Origin: Candidatus Bathyarchaeia archaeon
Lineage (GTDB): Archaea > Thermoproteota > Bathyarchaeia > Bathyarchaeales > Bathycorpusculaceae
Assembly: GCA_038882655.1 (NCBI GenBank)
Contig: JAVZNT010000003.1
Coordinates: forward strand, 29,388 to 93,387
DNA length: 64,000 nt
Direction: 5' to 3'
Below are positions 47,648-58,424 of the stretch, piece by piece. A program made the translations under genes and the position numbers. The number at the start of each line of letters is the position of its first letter. Position 1 is the stretch's first letter. The notes beneath the pieces were generated by a model. The model saw only the letters and a program-made list of their open reading frames with translations, searched no databases and had not been told where the DNA came from.

Positions 47648-49567
47648 TTGGCGCCTAACACCGAAAGGGAAAAAATCGAAATAAGCAAATACATACTCGA
47701 GCATGTTCCAAAAGAAGCTGAAGTCACAAGAGTAGAATATGAAGGTCCAACGCTGGCAGTTTATGCAAAAAGACCTGAAATCCTCGTGGAGCAGAGCAGC
47801 CTAATCGCCGACATAGTAAACGTCATCAGAAAAAGAATTGTTGTCCGCTCCGACCCCTCTGTACGGTTCCCGGAAAAGGAAGCCGAAAAATTAGCCCGCG
47901 AAATAATCCCGCCGGAGGCTGAGGTTACAGACGTATACTTTGACCCAAGCCTCGGCGAAATTATTGTTGAAGCCAAAAAACCCGGGCTCGTCATAGGGAA
48001 AAATGGCACTGTTCTTCAAGAAATCATAAGAAAGACAAAGTGGCGTCCCCATGTTTTAAGAAGCCCACCATTACGCTCTAAGATTATTGCACATATGCGC
48101 CACTATCTCCATTCTGAAAGCAAGGAGAGGGAGCGAAACCTTCGCACCTTCGGCGAGAGAATCTTTAGACCCAAAGTCTTTGAAGTTGGAGACGTTCGAA
48201 TTACACCCCTCGGCGGAGTTCAAGAGGTTGGACGTTCAGCCTTCCTTGTGCAGACAAGAGAGAGTACCATCCTCTTGGATTGTGGTATAAATCCAGGCTC
48301 TTCGAAGCCTTTCGAGGCTTTTCCTAGGTTTGACCATCCAGCCTTCGAAATAGACTCACTGGACGCTGTTGTTATAAGCCACGCTCACTTAGACCACTGC
48401 GGTTTGACACCATTCCTATACAAGTATGGCTATGAGGGTCCCGTCTACTGTTCTGCACCAACATCCAACCTTATGACATTGCTTCAGCTCGACTATTTGG
48501 ATGTGGCTAGCAAGCAAGGCATAATCCCGCCATACGACCAGAAAGACGTTCGAGAATGCGTCCTCCACACGATTCCACTACGTTACGGCGTTGTAACTGA
48601 CATAGCCCCAGACGTGCGGCTAACACTGCACAACGCTGGGCACATTTTAGGCTCTTCAATAGTACATTTACACATAGGTGAAGGCTTACACAACATTGTT
48701 TATACAGGCGATTACAAGTATGCACGAACTATGCTTTTGGAGGCGGCAACAGCCGAATTCCCAAGGGTTGAAACCATTATAACAGAAAGCACTTATGGTG
48801 GACCAGAGGATATAATGCCATCAAGGGTTGAAGCTGAAGAACGCCTAACAAGAATAGTGAATGAAACCTTGGAGAAGAGGGGCAAAGTCTTAATTCCTGT
48901 GCCGGCGGTCGGCAGAGCGCAAGAAATTATGCTTGTTTTGGATGGCTATATGAAACAAGGGTTAATGAAGGAGGCTCCGGTTTTCATTGAAGGCATGATT
49001 TCTGAGGCGACGGCAATTCACACGGCTTACCCAGAATATTTGGGTAGGGAAGTAAGAAACAGCATTCTCCACGATGGAGTGAACCCGTTCGAGTCAGACT
49101 ACTTCACCGTTGTCGAGCATCCAAGCGTTAGGCAAAACGTGATTGACGGGGAACCATGCATAATTATGGCTACGTCTGGCATGCTTGAAGGCGGGCCGGT
49201 AATAGAATACTTCAAAAGCCTTGCAGAGGACGAGAAGAACTCCATAATCTTCGTAAGCTACCAGATTGAGGGCACTTTGGGAAGGAGAGTTCAAAAAGGC
49301 ATCAACGAAGTGGCGATGATCGACAGCGAGGGCAAAATGAGCGTTGTAAAAGTGAAGATGCACGTGGAGTCAATAGAGGGCTTTTCGGGGCATTCTGACA
49401 GGCGGCAAATAATAAATTATGTGACGCATCTGAAGCCTAGACCTGAAAGAGTTATAGTTTGCCATGGTGAAAGGGCAAAAATAGCCAGCATATCCAATTT
49501 TATAGATAAAAAGTGTGGAATCCAAGCCTTTGCGCCAGCAGTTATGGAAACCATTAGGTTGCTGTAG
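47648..49567 (+). CDS. Beta-CASP ribonuclease aCPSF1 (FttA)
   Basis: N-terminal KH domains, EVGRS, HAHLDH, AGHILGS, GFSGHSD, HGE; conserved link to psmB. Confidence 0.95.
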   Translation: MAPNTEREKIEISKYILEHVPKEAEVTRVEYEGPTLAVYAKRPEILVEQSSLIADIVNVIRKRIVVRSDPSVRFPEKEAEKLAREIIPPEAEVTDVYFDPSLGEIIVEAKKPGLVIGKNGTVLQEIIRKTKWRPHVLRSPPLRSKIIAHMRHYLHSESKERERNLRTFGERIFRPKVFEVGDVRITPLGGVQEVGRSAFLVQTRESTILLDCGINPGSSKPFEAFPRFDHPAFEIDSLDAVVISHAHLDHCGLTPFLYKYGYEGPVYCSAPTSNLMTLLQLDYLDVASKQGIIPPYDQKDVRECVLHTIPLRYGVVTDIAPDVRLTLHNAGHILGSSIVHLHIGEGLHNIVYTGDYKYARTMLLEAATAEFPRVETIITESTYGGPEDIMPSRVEAEERLTRIVNETLEKRGKVLIPVPAVGRAQEIMLVLDGYMKQGLMKEAPVFIEGMISEATAIHTAYPEYLGREVRNSILHDGVNPFESDYFTVVEHPSVRQNVIDGEPCIIMATSGMLEGGPVIEYFKSLAEDEKNSIIFVSYQIEGTLGRRVQKGINEVAMIDSEGKMSVVKVKMHVESIEGFSGHSDRRQIINYVTHLKPRPERVIVCHGERAKIASISNFIDKKCGIQAFAPAVMETIRLL

Positions 49568-49925
49568 GTATAGGCTCGCTTGCAACTGGCGTTTTTTCTC
49601 TCCAGATCTTCACGTTTGGCGGGCAAATAACCACACGTTCCTCGCCTAGACGGGCGATGTCCCCACCAACAGACTCAACAAACTCGCATAACTCGTTAAC
49701 AGCCCTTTTAACATCATCAACGCTCTTATTTGCGAGGGGAGTTATCCTGAGAATCAAAATGTTTCCGGAGCGTACCTCTTTTTTAACAGTATCCAAGTCT
49801 GATAAGTCTCGAAGGGGCATAGCCTTCAAGAAGGTTTTGCCGGGCACCTCTTTAACTTCCGCTTTCGGCGTTTCACCCTTTTCTTCTTTCTTGTATTTGC
49901 GGAACAGTTCACCTAAACCCGGCAA
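49554..49925 (-). CDS. sepF: Cell division protein SepF (archaeal)
   Basis: EV..GNILIL.I.PL, GGDIARLGE.RV...P..V.I. Confidence 0.85.
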   Translation of the reverse strand: MPGLGELFRKYKKEEKGETPKAEVKEVPGKTFLKAMPLRDLSDLDTVKKEVRSGNILILRITPLANKSVDDVKRAVNELCEFVESVGGDIARLGEERVVICPPNVKIWREKTPVASEPIPTAT

Positions 49926-50071
49926 ACTTCTCCTCTCTATTACGCCCTTTATACCTTATTTACCCTTTTTAAGAGTTTAAGCGTTTCCTTGTTTAGAGGT
50001 GCTCTGAACTTAAAATATAGATTGGTGTTAATAGGTTTATGAATCTGAAATATGGATTTGGCTTACTCTTC

Positions 50072-50578
50072 TTATACGTTTGCCAGTTCCTTTATGGTTT
50101 TCCATATTTTGTCGCTGACATGGTGAATGTTCTTAACCACAACACCATGCTTAATTCCAACAGCCTCTTCTGAACTGTAAAGGATTTCGCCTACAGCAAT
50201 CGGCTTGCCATACCTCTCGTCCGTAACCAGAACCATGTCGCCCTTCACGAATTCTCCTTCGAAACGTAAAATTCCCGGAGCCATCACATCCGCACCATTA
50301 CAAACGTGGGGGATAGCCCCCATATCCACAACAACTTTTGGCAAAAAGCCGAAAACCTCTTTAAAGAATAGGGTTGGATAAACTTTTTCTTTACTTTTGA
50401 AAAGTGCCGGCTCATCGTTCATGAGGTAGACCTCGCCGAAATCCACTTCAACAACCTCAACTTTCGGAGTGCTTGCAAAGCATTTTTCCAAAACTATTTT
50501 CAGCTTTTTTGAGGCGTCTTCTAAAAGCTTCTTCACCTCTTTATCTTTTAGGAAATGCCTCTTATACTTTTTAGACAT
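50072..50578 (-). CDS. PUA-domain RNA-binding protein (MCT-1/Tma20-like, DUF1947)
   Basis: PTL, VVVDMGAIPHVCNGADVMAPGI, HHV.D..W. Confidence 0.88.
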   Translation of the reverse strand: MSKKYKRHFLKDKEVKKLLEDASKKLKIVLEKCFASTPKVEVVEVDFGEVYLMNDEPALFKSKEKVYPTLFFKEVFGFLPKVVVDMGAIPHVCNGADVMAPGILRFEGEFVKGDMVLVTDERYGKPIAVGEILYSSEEAVGIKHGVVVKNIHHVSDKIWKTIKELANV

Positions 50579-50660
50579 AGGTTTTCGCTTCTTGCTTAGA
50601 TAGGTTTAAATGGTATAAGTTTAAGTATAAAAAGGGTAAATCTCTATTCGAGGTCTGCGA

Positions 50661-50888
50661 ATGAGCGAGATGACGACTGAAATTCTTGAACAGAACCTTG
50701 GAAAAATAGTGCTCGTAAGGTTGAAGGGTGGGAAAAGCCTTAGGGGTAGGCTGAAGGGTTTCGATCAGCACTTAAACCTTGTTCTCGAGGAGACTGAAGA
50801 CACGACAGATGCTGAAAACACGAAGAAGCTTGGCTTAATAATCGTCCGCGGAGACAACGTCGTCCTAATATCGCCGCCGCCTAGGTGA
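50661..50888 (+). CDS. Sm-like archaeal protein (SmAP1/Lsm)
   Basis: Sm1 [12 protein letters not shown] and Sm2 IVRGDNV; adjacent to rpl37e. Confidence 0.95.
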   Translation: MSEMTTEILEQNLGKIVLVRLKGGKSLRGRLKGFDQHLNLVLEETEDTTDAENTKKLGLIIVRGDNVVLISPPPR

Positions 50889-51082
50889 AAATTTTGGGAA
50901 AGGGGACGCCATCCTTTGGAAAACGTGCCGGAAAAACGCTTCACATACGTTGTAGACGTTGTGGAAGGAGAGCCTACAACGTTTCAAAAAAGCGGTGTGC
51001 CGCATGCGGTTATGGGACGTCAACAACTATTAGACGTTATTCTTGGCGGACTAAAAACCTTAAAAGAGAAAGAATTCGCTAA
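50885..51082 (+). CDS. rpl37e: 50S ribosomal protein eL37
   Basis: [16 protein letters not shown]...Y......CAACGYG. Confidence 0.95.
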   Translation: MKILGKGTPSFGKRAGKTLHIRCRRCGRRAYNVSKKRCAACGYGTSTTIRRYSWRTKNLKRERIR

Positions 51083-51693
51083 AACTCGTTATTGTTGTAG
51101 TAACCCTTATCAATTCTAACAAATATAAGCGGTCCCTTGCTTCTCGTCAGTTCTCTGGCCTTGCGTAATGTGTTGTTTACAATGTTTAGCACCTGTTCAT
51201 TGTCGCTTGTGTACTTCTTTTTGTTTTCACCCAACTCCATTTTTAGGAGGTTCTCAGCTAATATTGACGTGCCGCATACTTCGCCGTTCTTAATGAGGGT
51301 TGATATGACGACTTCCTGCATCTCTCGGCGGTTGGTCAGCCTTCTCCATACGGGTTCAGCATTGTTTAGGATTTTTGTCACTTTATTCCATTTATGGGCT
51401 TCTTCGTTGCCTATCAGGAGTTTTACCCTTTCACTCCACTTTTTCAGCCATATGCCAGTCCACAAGGCTATAAATTCTTCAAGCTCTTTAGGCTCTTTCT
51501 GGTAAAATTCTTCTAGCTTGTCCGTGAGTTCGCATTCGTTTGCCTCTTTGCCCACCAAGTTCCAGTAAACCTTTAAGTAGTTGGTGAAGTCTTGGCAGGC
51601 TATCTGCAAAACCTTCCGGTCAGCGCCAAAAATATCCAGCATTGGATTTTTGCTTTTCAACTTTTCAGACAATAGTACTTCAATGAAATTCAT
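51079..51693 (-). CDS. Hypothetical helical protein
   Basis: 204-aa ATG ORF filling the gap; no recognised motif. Confidence 0.65.
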   Translation of the reverse strand: MNFIEVLLSEKLKSKNPMLDIFGADRKVLQIACQDFTNYLKVYWNLVGKEANECELTDKLEEFYQKEPKELEEFIALWTGIWLKKWSERVKLLIGNEEAHKWNKVTKILNNAEPVWRRLTNRREMQEVVISTLIKNGEVCGTSILAENLLKMELGENKKKYTSDNEQVLNIVNNTLRKARELTRSKGPLIFVRIDKGYYNNNEF

Positions 51694-51814
51694 TGTTTTC
51701 GAAGCCCTCTCCGCTCTAATACTAAGATTAAAGTTTTAATTAAGCTTTATTTATGGTTGCTTCTATAACATTCTTAAGTAATTTTCAACCATATTACATG
51801 TTCCGTAATATTCT

Positions 51815-52465
51815 TTAATCAAGAAATTTTGGAAGCTCGCCGATGTCCTTAATGATCAAGTCGGGTTTTTCCTTCTCTAACTCTTCTTTCGTGAATATTC
51901 CTGATAAAACAGCGACTGTTTTGGCTCCGGCGTTCTTTCCAACTCTAACATCTGTGACGGAATCACCTACAATAGCACATGCACTCACTTCAACGTCTAA
52001 CCGTTTAGCGCAGTCAACCAGCGATTTTGGAGAAGGTTTTGGAAACTGCGTGTTCAATGCAGTTACAATGCATTGGAAGTATCTGGCTAAGCCTACCTTC
52101 TCCAGCCACTTTCCAATACTTTCGCATGGAGCATAACGCATTGTCAGCAGCGCAAGCCTAGCCTTTCTTGAAAGCGTTTCAAGAGTTTCTTGTGTGTTTG
52201 GCAAAAGTTTTGCCTTTTCCTCAGCGAGCCTATAGTAAGCCTTAAGGTAAGCATTTAGAAATTTTTTAACGTTTATTTTTGGTAACAAGACCTTTATTGG
52301 TAGATTCTGCTCTAATCTCCTTGGAATCTCCAAAACCAAACCGGGGTTAAACTCTTTTACGCCAAGCGTTTCAAAAGCTTTTGCTAGTGCTTCATGATAA
52401 GCTTCTCTTGAATCCACAAGCGTGCCGTCTAAGTCTATGATTATTCCTTCAACTTTCAGCTTCAT
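51815..52465 (-). CDS. HAD-superfamily hydrolase (phosphoglycolate phosphatase-like)
   Basis: DLDGTLVDS, KPSP, VGDS..D...GKNAG. Confidence 0.9.
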   Translation of the reverse strand: MKLKVEGIIIDLDGTLVDSREAYHEALAKAFETLGVKEFNPGLVLEIPRRLEQNLPIKVLLPKINVKKFLNAYLKAYYRLAEEKAKLLPNTQETLETLSRKARLALLTMRYAPCESIGKWLEKVGLARYFQCIVTALNTQFPKPSPKSLVDCAKRLDVEVSACAIVGDSVTDVRVGKNAGAKTVAVLSGIFTKEELEKEKPDLIIKDIGELPKFLD

Positions 52466-52588
52466 CCTTTCGCCTCTTTTGCTTGTTCGCTACGCCTTTT
52501 GTTTCGATAAGTTTTTATTCTATGCTTTATTGTCTAAAAGGATACCCACTAGAAGATATAAAAGGTTGAAGGTTTGGAGTATTAGGCT

Positions 52589-52897
52589 ATGGTTAGGAAG
52601 GCGCGGATACGCTTAACAAGCACAGACTACAAGAAGCTTGAGGAAGTATGCCAAGAGCTTAAGGCAATAGCTGAAAAAACAGGGGTGAAAATGACAGGGC
52701 CTATTCCGTTGCCAACCAAAAGGCTTAAGGTTCCAGTTTTGAAGTCTCCCTGCGGTGAGGGGACAGCCACATGGGACAAGTGGGAACTGCGCATCCACAA
52801 ACGCTTAGTGGATATTGACGCTGAAGAACGCGCCATGAGGCGGATTATGCGTATCCGTGTCCCCGAAGAAGTGCACGTGACAATAGAACTTCTCTGA
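52589..52897 (+). CDS. rps10: 30S ribosomal protein uS10
   Basis: [35 protein letters not shown]. Confidence 0.97.
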   Translation: MVRKARIRLTSTDYKKLEEVCQELKAIAEKTGVKMTGPIPLPTKRLKVPVLKSPCGEGTATWDKWELRIHKRLVDIDAEERAMRRIMRIRVPEEVHVTIELL

Positions 52898-52910
52898 AGG
52901 ACTTTGGACA

Positions 52911-53177
52911 CTAAGTTTTCTTTTTTGCAGTCCAATCGAATAATAGGCATTCTCCACATTTTTCCAAAAATTCTAGTCCCTTCTTCGACGTTGTAAATAG
53001 GTTGTTCTTATCGATTTCCAGCAATTCCTTCTCCAGCAAAATTGTTAAATACTGTTTTGATTGTGAATGTGAGAGTCCAACGCTTCTCATCAATTCTGTT
53101 TTCTTTTTTCCAGATTTCGCTTTTTCGAGAATTTCAACAACAATGTCGTGTCTATCTCGTTTACCCAAATTTTTCAT
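52911..53177 (-). CDS. Small winged-helix DNA-binding protein
   Basis: R.R.DI..EIL......KT.LM...LS......YL..L....L........T..KG..FL. Confidence 0.8.
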   Translation of the reverse strand: MKNLGKRDRHDIVVEILEKAKSGKKKTELMRSVGLSHSQSKQYLTILLEKELLEIDKNNLFTTSKKGLEFLEKCGECLLFDWTAKKKT

Positions 53178-53210
53178 TTAAAAATGTCTCCTTAGCGCTT
53201 AGAAATGGCA

Positions 53211-54020
53211 TTACAAGAACATATAAGAGGCTATGGTTAGTATTAGGCTTGTGGTGAAGGCTAAAGCCCAGACTTTTTTGTTCCAAAGGAAGACTTTGAA
53301 ACCGTCAAGTATTCCGAAGGGAATTAGGTTGATGAAGGCTATCCAAGCATTTATCGCGAAACCTAGAAGAAGCAGATATGTAAGGTTGTTCGTCAGGGCA
53401 AAAAGTGCTGCCAAAAGAAATACTATGGACAATAAAATGTTCGTTAATGGACCAGCTATGGAGATTTTCCCGATGTTTCTTTTGCTAGTTAATCCTGATA
53501 TGACCACCGCTCCGGGTGATATAATCTTGAAGAGTGGAGAAACAATAGATATGGCTGTTAATATTAAACCAAAAAGCATTATTTTGAATTCCGCCCATAA
53601 ACCGCTTTTTTGAGCTGTGAATTTGTGGGCTAATTCATGGATTAGGAAGGATGCCGTTACTAGAAATCCAAATGCGAGTAGCATAGGAAAGCCTCCAATT
53701 CTTTGGATTATGTGAGGCGAAATTCCTAAGGATAATCCTATCCCTAAAACAAGTAGTGCCGCCACCGCCAAATGAGTAACCTCTTTAGCGCTGAAGTGAA
53801 TTTTCCTTCGAGTTTCTATTGGTATGTAGGTGATTGTGTATTCAATCGGCTTCCATGTTTGAGAGAATTGTGCCTGTTCTTCCTTTACTGGTGCTCGCGC
53901 CGATTCGATTTTTGGGCATTCATGGTTTTCTGGTAGGCGATGCTCAGCGCAAAAATATCCCCCACAATAAGGGCATCTGAAGGGCAGAAAGGCCTCTGTT
54001 CCACATTTTTGGCACTTCAT
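53211..54020 (-). CDS. AN1 zinc finger fused to an M50 (site-2) metalloprotease
   Basis: CxxC...LPF.C.YC...FC.EHRLPE.H.C; HELAH, AGP..N, NLIP...LDG. Confidence 0.88.
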   Translation of the reverse strand: MKCQKCGTEAFLPFRCPYCGGYFCAEHRLPENHECPKIESARAPVKEEQAQFSQTWKPIEYTITYIPIETRRKIHFSAKEVTHLAVAALLVLGIGLSLGISPHIIQRIGGFPMLLAFGFLVTASFLIHELAHKFTAQKSGLWAEFKIMLFGLILTAISIVSPLFKIISPGAVVISGLTSKRNIGKISIAGPLTNILLSIVFLLAALFALTNNLTYLLLLGFAINAWIAFINLIPFGILDGFKVFLWNKKVWALAFTTSLILTIASYMFL

Positions 54021-54136
54021 TATGGACGCCTTTTAACCGCTTAAATGAGCTTTTATCTCTTTATATGTTTCTGTTTGCATTGGGTTAAAGGTTAATAGGA
54101 GTATACGCTCAGTTAATTGGGAAGGGTGGAGAAAGC

Positions 54137-55342
54137 GTGAGGGCTTTCAGTTTTGTCCACACTGCAGATTTGCATTTAGGTTATTCACAGTACGGTTTAG
54201 AAGTGAGACGCGAAGACTTTGACAAGGCATTTAAAGAGCTTGTTGACAAAACCCTTGAGCTGAAACCGTCATTCCTCATAATTTCTGGAGACCTTTTCCA
54301 CAATGCCAGGCCATCCAACGTAACACTAGAGAATGCCATAAAAAACTTCAGCAGACTCCGCGAGGCCGGCATTCCAGTGCTGGTTGTTGACGGCTCCCAC
54401 GACTGTGCGCCAAACGTTGTCACCAGCACAATTCTTAACCCATTGGACAGTGCCGGGCTTATCTATTATCTGCCACGGCATGAGGGGGCGTGCTGGCAGA
54501 AGCCAGAATGCTGCTACGTTTACGGAGTGCCCAACTATCGGACTAGGCGCAAAACTGAGGAGATGCTTCCAGCTTTTATAGAGCAAAACAAGCCAGCACC
54601 TGACCCTTCGCTTTTCAACATTTTTGTTTTCCACACGGCACTGGACATTCCTGAAGTTAATCCACCCTATATAGAGGCTGAAGCCCCTATTGAACTCATA
54701 CCGGAAGGTTTCAACTACTATGCTGCTGGACACGTTCACAAACCATACATGGGGAGGTTCAAAACTGGGTTGCTGATTTACCCCGGAAGCACCGAAACGA
54801 TAAACTATGATGAAGCTGGGAACGAGAAGGGCTTCTACTATGTGGAAGTGAACGAGAAGGGGGAGGCTGCCCCACAGTTTATTAAATTGGAGTCTCCTCG
54901 CAAATTTGTTGTTTTAGAGCAAGACTTTACCGGTTTTACTGCGTCGAAAATCACTAAACTCGCTGTGCAACTCGTGAAAGGCGCCGACGAAGAAGGTGCT
55001 GTTCTAATTCCAGTTTTGCGTGGTGTCTTGCCGGTTGAGGCTAGCCGTGCTGAGGTTGATGTCGCCCAAATTAGGGGCGCAGCTGAAAAGGCTTTGCTTG
55101 TCCATCCGGTTGTTTTGCTACGGGAGAGCGAAGTTCCAGAGGCTGTTGTTCGCTCCATATTCGAAAGTGAAATCAAGGATTTGAAAACGAAAAGCTTTGA
55201 ATACTTCCTCCAAATTTTCTCTGAGCGCTACAGCCCGCAAGAAGCTGAAGAAATTGCCAAGGCTGCGGTCAACCTAATTGAACCGCTAACCAAAAAGCAA
55301 GATGAAAAGGCTCGGCAGATTTTGGAGGAGCTTTTACAATGA
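54137..55342 (+). CDS. mre11: DNA double-strand break repair nuclease Mre11
   Basis: HTADLHLG, GDLF, GSHD, YYAAGH.H, YPGSTE. Confidence 0.92.
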   Translation: MRAFSFVHTADLHLGYSQYGLEVRREDFDKAFKELVDKTLELKPSFLIISGDLFHNARPSNVTLENAIKNFSRLREAGIPVLVVDGSHDCAPNVVTSTILNPLDSAGLIYYLPRHEGACWQKPECCYVYGVPNYRTRRKTEEMLPAFIEQNKPAPDPSLFNIFVFHTALDIPEVNPPYIEAEAPIELIPEGFNYYAAGHVHKPYMGRFKTGLLIYPGSTETINYDEAGNEKGFYYVEVNEKGEAAPQFIKLESPRKFVVLEQDFTGFTASKITKLAVQLVKGADEEGAVLIPVLRGVLPVEASRAEVDVAQIRGAAEKALLVHPVVLLRESEVPEAVVRSIFESEIKDLKTKSFEYFLQIFSERYSPQEAEEIAKAAVNLIEPLTKKQDEKARQILEELLQ

Positions 55343-57426
55343 AAATCGAAGTTGTCCGTTTGGAAAACATCCGCTCCCACGTGAAGTCCACAGTTCCATT
55401 TGCGAGAGGTTTCAACTGTCTTGTTGGCGGTTTGGGTTGTGGAAAATCCAGCATACTTTACGCCATAGACTTCACCCTCTTCGGAGACCCCCTTGGAAGA
55501 AGTTACGATTACCTCTTGCGGGAAGGCGCTGAAAGTGGAAAAGTTGTTGTCCAGTTCACCCACAACGGCAAAAGCTACACTATATCGAGGGGTCTGAAAA
55601 GGCGTGGGAAGGGCATAAGCCAAGACTTTGACGAACTCAAACTTTTTGAGGGCGAAACTCTAATCGCAAGTGTGAAAAGCGACGCTGTTGCAGAACAGTT
55701 GAAGGCTATCACTGGCTTGGAAAAGGAGCTTTTCCGCGAAATAGTCTGGGTCCGCCAAGAACACCTAAAAGAGCTTTTGGACGCCCCGCCAAGAGAGCGG
55801 CAAAAACGCCTAGACGAACTCTTCGGTTTGTCGGAATACGAAACTGCATGGAGCAATATGGCTGGTTACCAGAAAGAATACGAGGGCGAAAAAAGAGCAT
55901 ATGAAAAGGACCCGGACATCGTTGGAATTAAAAAGCTTAATGAGGATTACAACAGCCTAGCTAGAGACTTCGCCCAGCTAGAGGTTGACATCCAAGAAAA
56001 CACGAGAAAACTTGGCGAAGCCAAAAAGGCTTTGGAGGAGGCAGACCTCAAACTCAAAAGACTTGAGGAGCTTAGAACATCCGTGGAGAACCTCAAATGT
56101 AGGGAAGCCCAGATACAAGCCAGCCTAGCAAGCCTTGAAGATTCTCTGGCTTCGTTGGCTGAGAAATTTGAAGGGAAAAAAGCGATAATTGAGAATTTGA
56201 AGCAGCGCATTAACGCTATGGAGTCACAAGCAAAAACCTACAAGGAAACGCTTAGAGCGGTTGGGGTTCCAGCAGACCAGCCTATCGAAACCTTGAGGCA
56301 ACACCTTTCAGCCTTCGACGAGCAAATCGCAAGCCTAAAAGCAGAACAAGAGGCTAATCTCAGAAATCTCCAAGCAGACCAGCGAAGGCTTTCATCGCTT
56401 TCAGCTGAAAACCGGTGCCCGCTCTGCCTTCAGCCTCTAACTGCCGATTACAAGAACAGCTTAGTGGAACGCATACAAAAGGAAAACAGCGAAAGGCAAA
56501 TGACCATAAGCCAGCTTCAAAAAGACATCGAGGAACTGCAGCAAATAAGGGAGAAAGCCAGTTCCGCCATATCTAACCTTCAGGCTTTGCTACCGAGAAT
56601 CGAAGACTTGAAAACCCGCTTAAACGAGGAGTCTAAGGCTTTAGCTGAGCTTTCAACGGAATTTGAGGAAAAGCAGAAAATGGAAAACACGTTGAGAGTT
56701 CAGCTTGAAGGCATACGGGCGGAAATTGGCAGATTTAACATGTCCCAGCTTGAAACCGCCAGAAGGCTTAGAGAGCAGGCTTTCCAGCAGTATTATAGGC
56801 TTGAAGCTGACCTGCAAACTAAGGAAAACCGCAAGAAGGCCATGATGCAGCGGTTAGATGAAATTAAGGAGCGCATAGACCAAGCTCAGAAAAAGTTTGA
56901 GGAGATGAAGAAGCTTGACAAGCTTTTGGGTGTTATAAATAGCATACGTGACGCCTACAGGAGCATTCAGCCAAAACTGCGAAGTGAATTTGTAAAAGTT
57001 TTGAAAAACTTTGTGCAGCAAATCTTAGACAGCCTAGTGGGCGAGGAAGGCGTGCCAATAAACATCACAATAGATGAGACTTACACGCCATACGTGATAA
57101 GTGAGACAGGTATTGAAAGAGAAGTTTCAAACCTTTCCGGTGGGGAGCGCACCCTAATAGCCTTTGCATATCGCCTCGGGCTTGGTCAGCTAATAATGCA
57201 GTCCAGGACGGGTCATGGTTTAAGCCTCCTATTGCTTGACGAACCGACGGAGAGTCTTGGAAGAGAGGACGGCTCGATAGACCGCTTGGCAGAAGCCATC
57301 TCAAGGTTTAAAGCTGTGGAACAAATAATCGCCGTAACCCACAGCGAGGCTTTTGCTGAAAAAGCTGAACACGTCATAAGGGTAGAAAAAGAGGCTGGGG
57401 AAAGCAAAATATCAATCGAAAAATAG
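55339..57426 (+). CDS. rad50: DNA double-strand break repair ATPase Rad50
   Basis: ENIRSH, Walker A G.GKSS, Zn hook CPLC, LSGGE, LLLDEPT, VTH. Confidence 0.92.
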   Translation: MKIEVVRLENIRSHVKSTVPFARGFNCLVGGLGCGKSSILYAIDFTLFGDPLGRSYDYLLREGAESGKVVVQFTHNGKSYTISRGLKRRGKGISQDFDELKLFEGETLIASVKSDAVAEQLKAITGLEKELFREIVWVRQEHLKELLDAPPRERQKRLDELFGLSEYETAWSNMAGYQKEYEGEKRAYEKDPDIVGIKKLNEDYNSLARDFAQLEVDIQENTRKLGEAKKALEEADLKLKRLEELRTSVENLKCREAQIQASLASLEDSLASLAEKFEGKKAIIENLKQRINAMESQAKTYKETLRAVGVPADQPIETLRQHLSAFDEQIASLKAEQEANLRNLQADQRRLSSLSAENRCPLCLQPLTADYKNSLVERIQKENSERQMTISQLQKDIEELQQIREKASSAISNLQALLPRIEDLKTRLNEESKALAELSTEFEEKQKMENTLRVQLEGIRAEIGRFNMSQLETARRLREQAFQQYYRLEADLQTKENRKKAMMQRLDEIKERIDQAQKKFEEMKKLDKLLGVINSIRDAYRSIQPKLRSEFVKVLKNFVQQILDSLVGEEGVPINITIDETYTPYVISETGIEREVSNLSGGERTLIAFAYRLGLGQLIMQSRTGHGLSLLLLDEPTESLGREDGSIDRLAEAISRFKAVEQIIAVTHSEAFAEKAEHVIRVEKEAGESKISIEK

Positions 57427-57453
57427 CTGCTTATCCGCCTAAAGCTAACGGGC

Positions 57454-58365
57454 TTGGCAGAGATGAGGACGAGAAGATTTACACTGTTGGAAGGCATAAC
57501 TGCCGGGGTTCTGTTCGGAACAGCCTCCATCTTTATTAGATTTCTACCGGCATTAGACGTGTTTTCGATAGCTTTTTGGCGTCTAATAATCGCGTGTGGG
57601 GTTCTAGCCGCCATAATCTTCTATTTCAAGATGTCCTGCAACGTTGGCTCTGCTTGGAAAAACTTGAAAAGGCTTGTTTTTCTAGGGTTTTTCCTCGGCT
57701 TGCACTTCATATTCTTCATATCTGCTGTGAAGGACACAACGATTTTGAATGCCACAGTCCTAGTCAACACTACTCCTATTTTCTCCATGTTCTTCTCAGC
57801 CTTCATTTTCGGTTTGAAGCCTTCCCGTTTTGCAGTTTTGGGGATTGTTATAGCCATAGGTGGAGTATGTATAATTGCATACGCTGAAACCACAGTCGCC
57901 AGTTCTGCCAGCACCGCAGTAGACGGGACTCCAAGTTTGAAGGGTGATTTAGAGGCTGTTCTAGCAGCTTTTGTTGAGGCACTTTACCTAAGCTACGGCA
58001 AGAATGTGCGAGAACAAAGCGCCATACTGCCAACAATGCTTCCTATATACATTTTTGCCGCCGTCACTGTGGCAGCGTTAAATCCATTTGGTGGAAGCAA
58101 AACACTACAGTTTCCAACAGAAATATTCTCGATCCTTCCACTTTTAGGTTTGGGAGTTCTGCCAACAGCCGTAGCCCACACGCTCTATTTCTCATCCTTA
58201 TCCAACTTAAAATCCTTTGAAACCGCAACCATGGCTTTACTTGAACCATTAGGGGCAACAGCCTTAGGCATAATTCTATTCGGCGAATGGCCTATCCCAA
58301 TTTTTGCAATGGGAACCGCGTTAATATTAGCTGGGATAGTTTTTGTTTCTAAATGGGAAAGCTGA
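57454..58365 (+). CDS. EamA/DMT family transporter
   Basis: Two EamA repeats, FWRL, N.TP.F, LLEP. Confidence 0.9.
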   Translation: MAEMRTRRFTLLEGITAGVLFGTASIFIRFLPALDVFSIAFWRLIIACGVLAAIIFYFKMSCNVGSAWKNLKRLVFLGFFLGLHFIFFISAVKDTTILNATVLVNTTPIFSMFFSAFIFGLKPSRFAVLGIVIAIGGVCIIAYAETTVASSASTAVDGTPSLKGDLEAVLAAFVEALYLSYGKNVREQSAILPTMLPIYIFAAVTVAALNPFGGSKTLQFPTEIFSILPLLGLGVLPTAVAHTLYFSSLSNLKSFETATMALLEPLGATALGIILFGEWPIPIFAMGTALILAGIVFVSKWES

Positions 58366-58424
58366 AAGCTTCTACGAAACAAATAAAAAGCTTCACAATA
58401 TATGTGCAGAAAGCGAGTTGAAAC

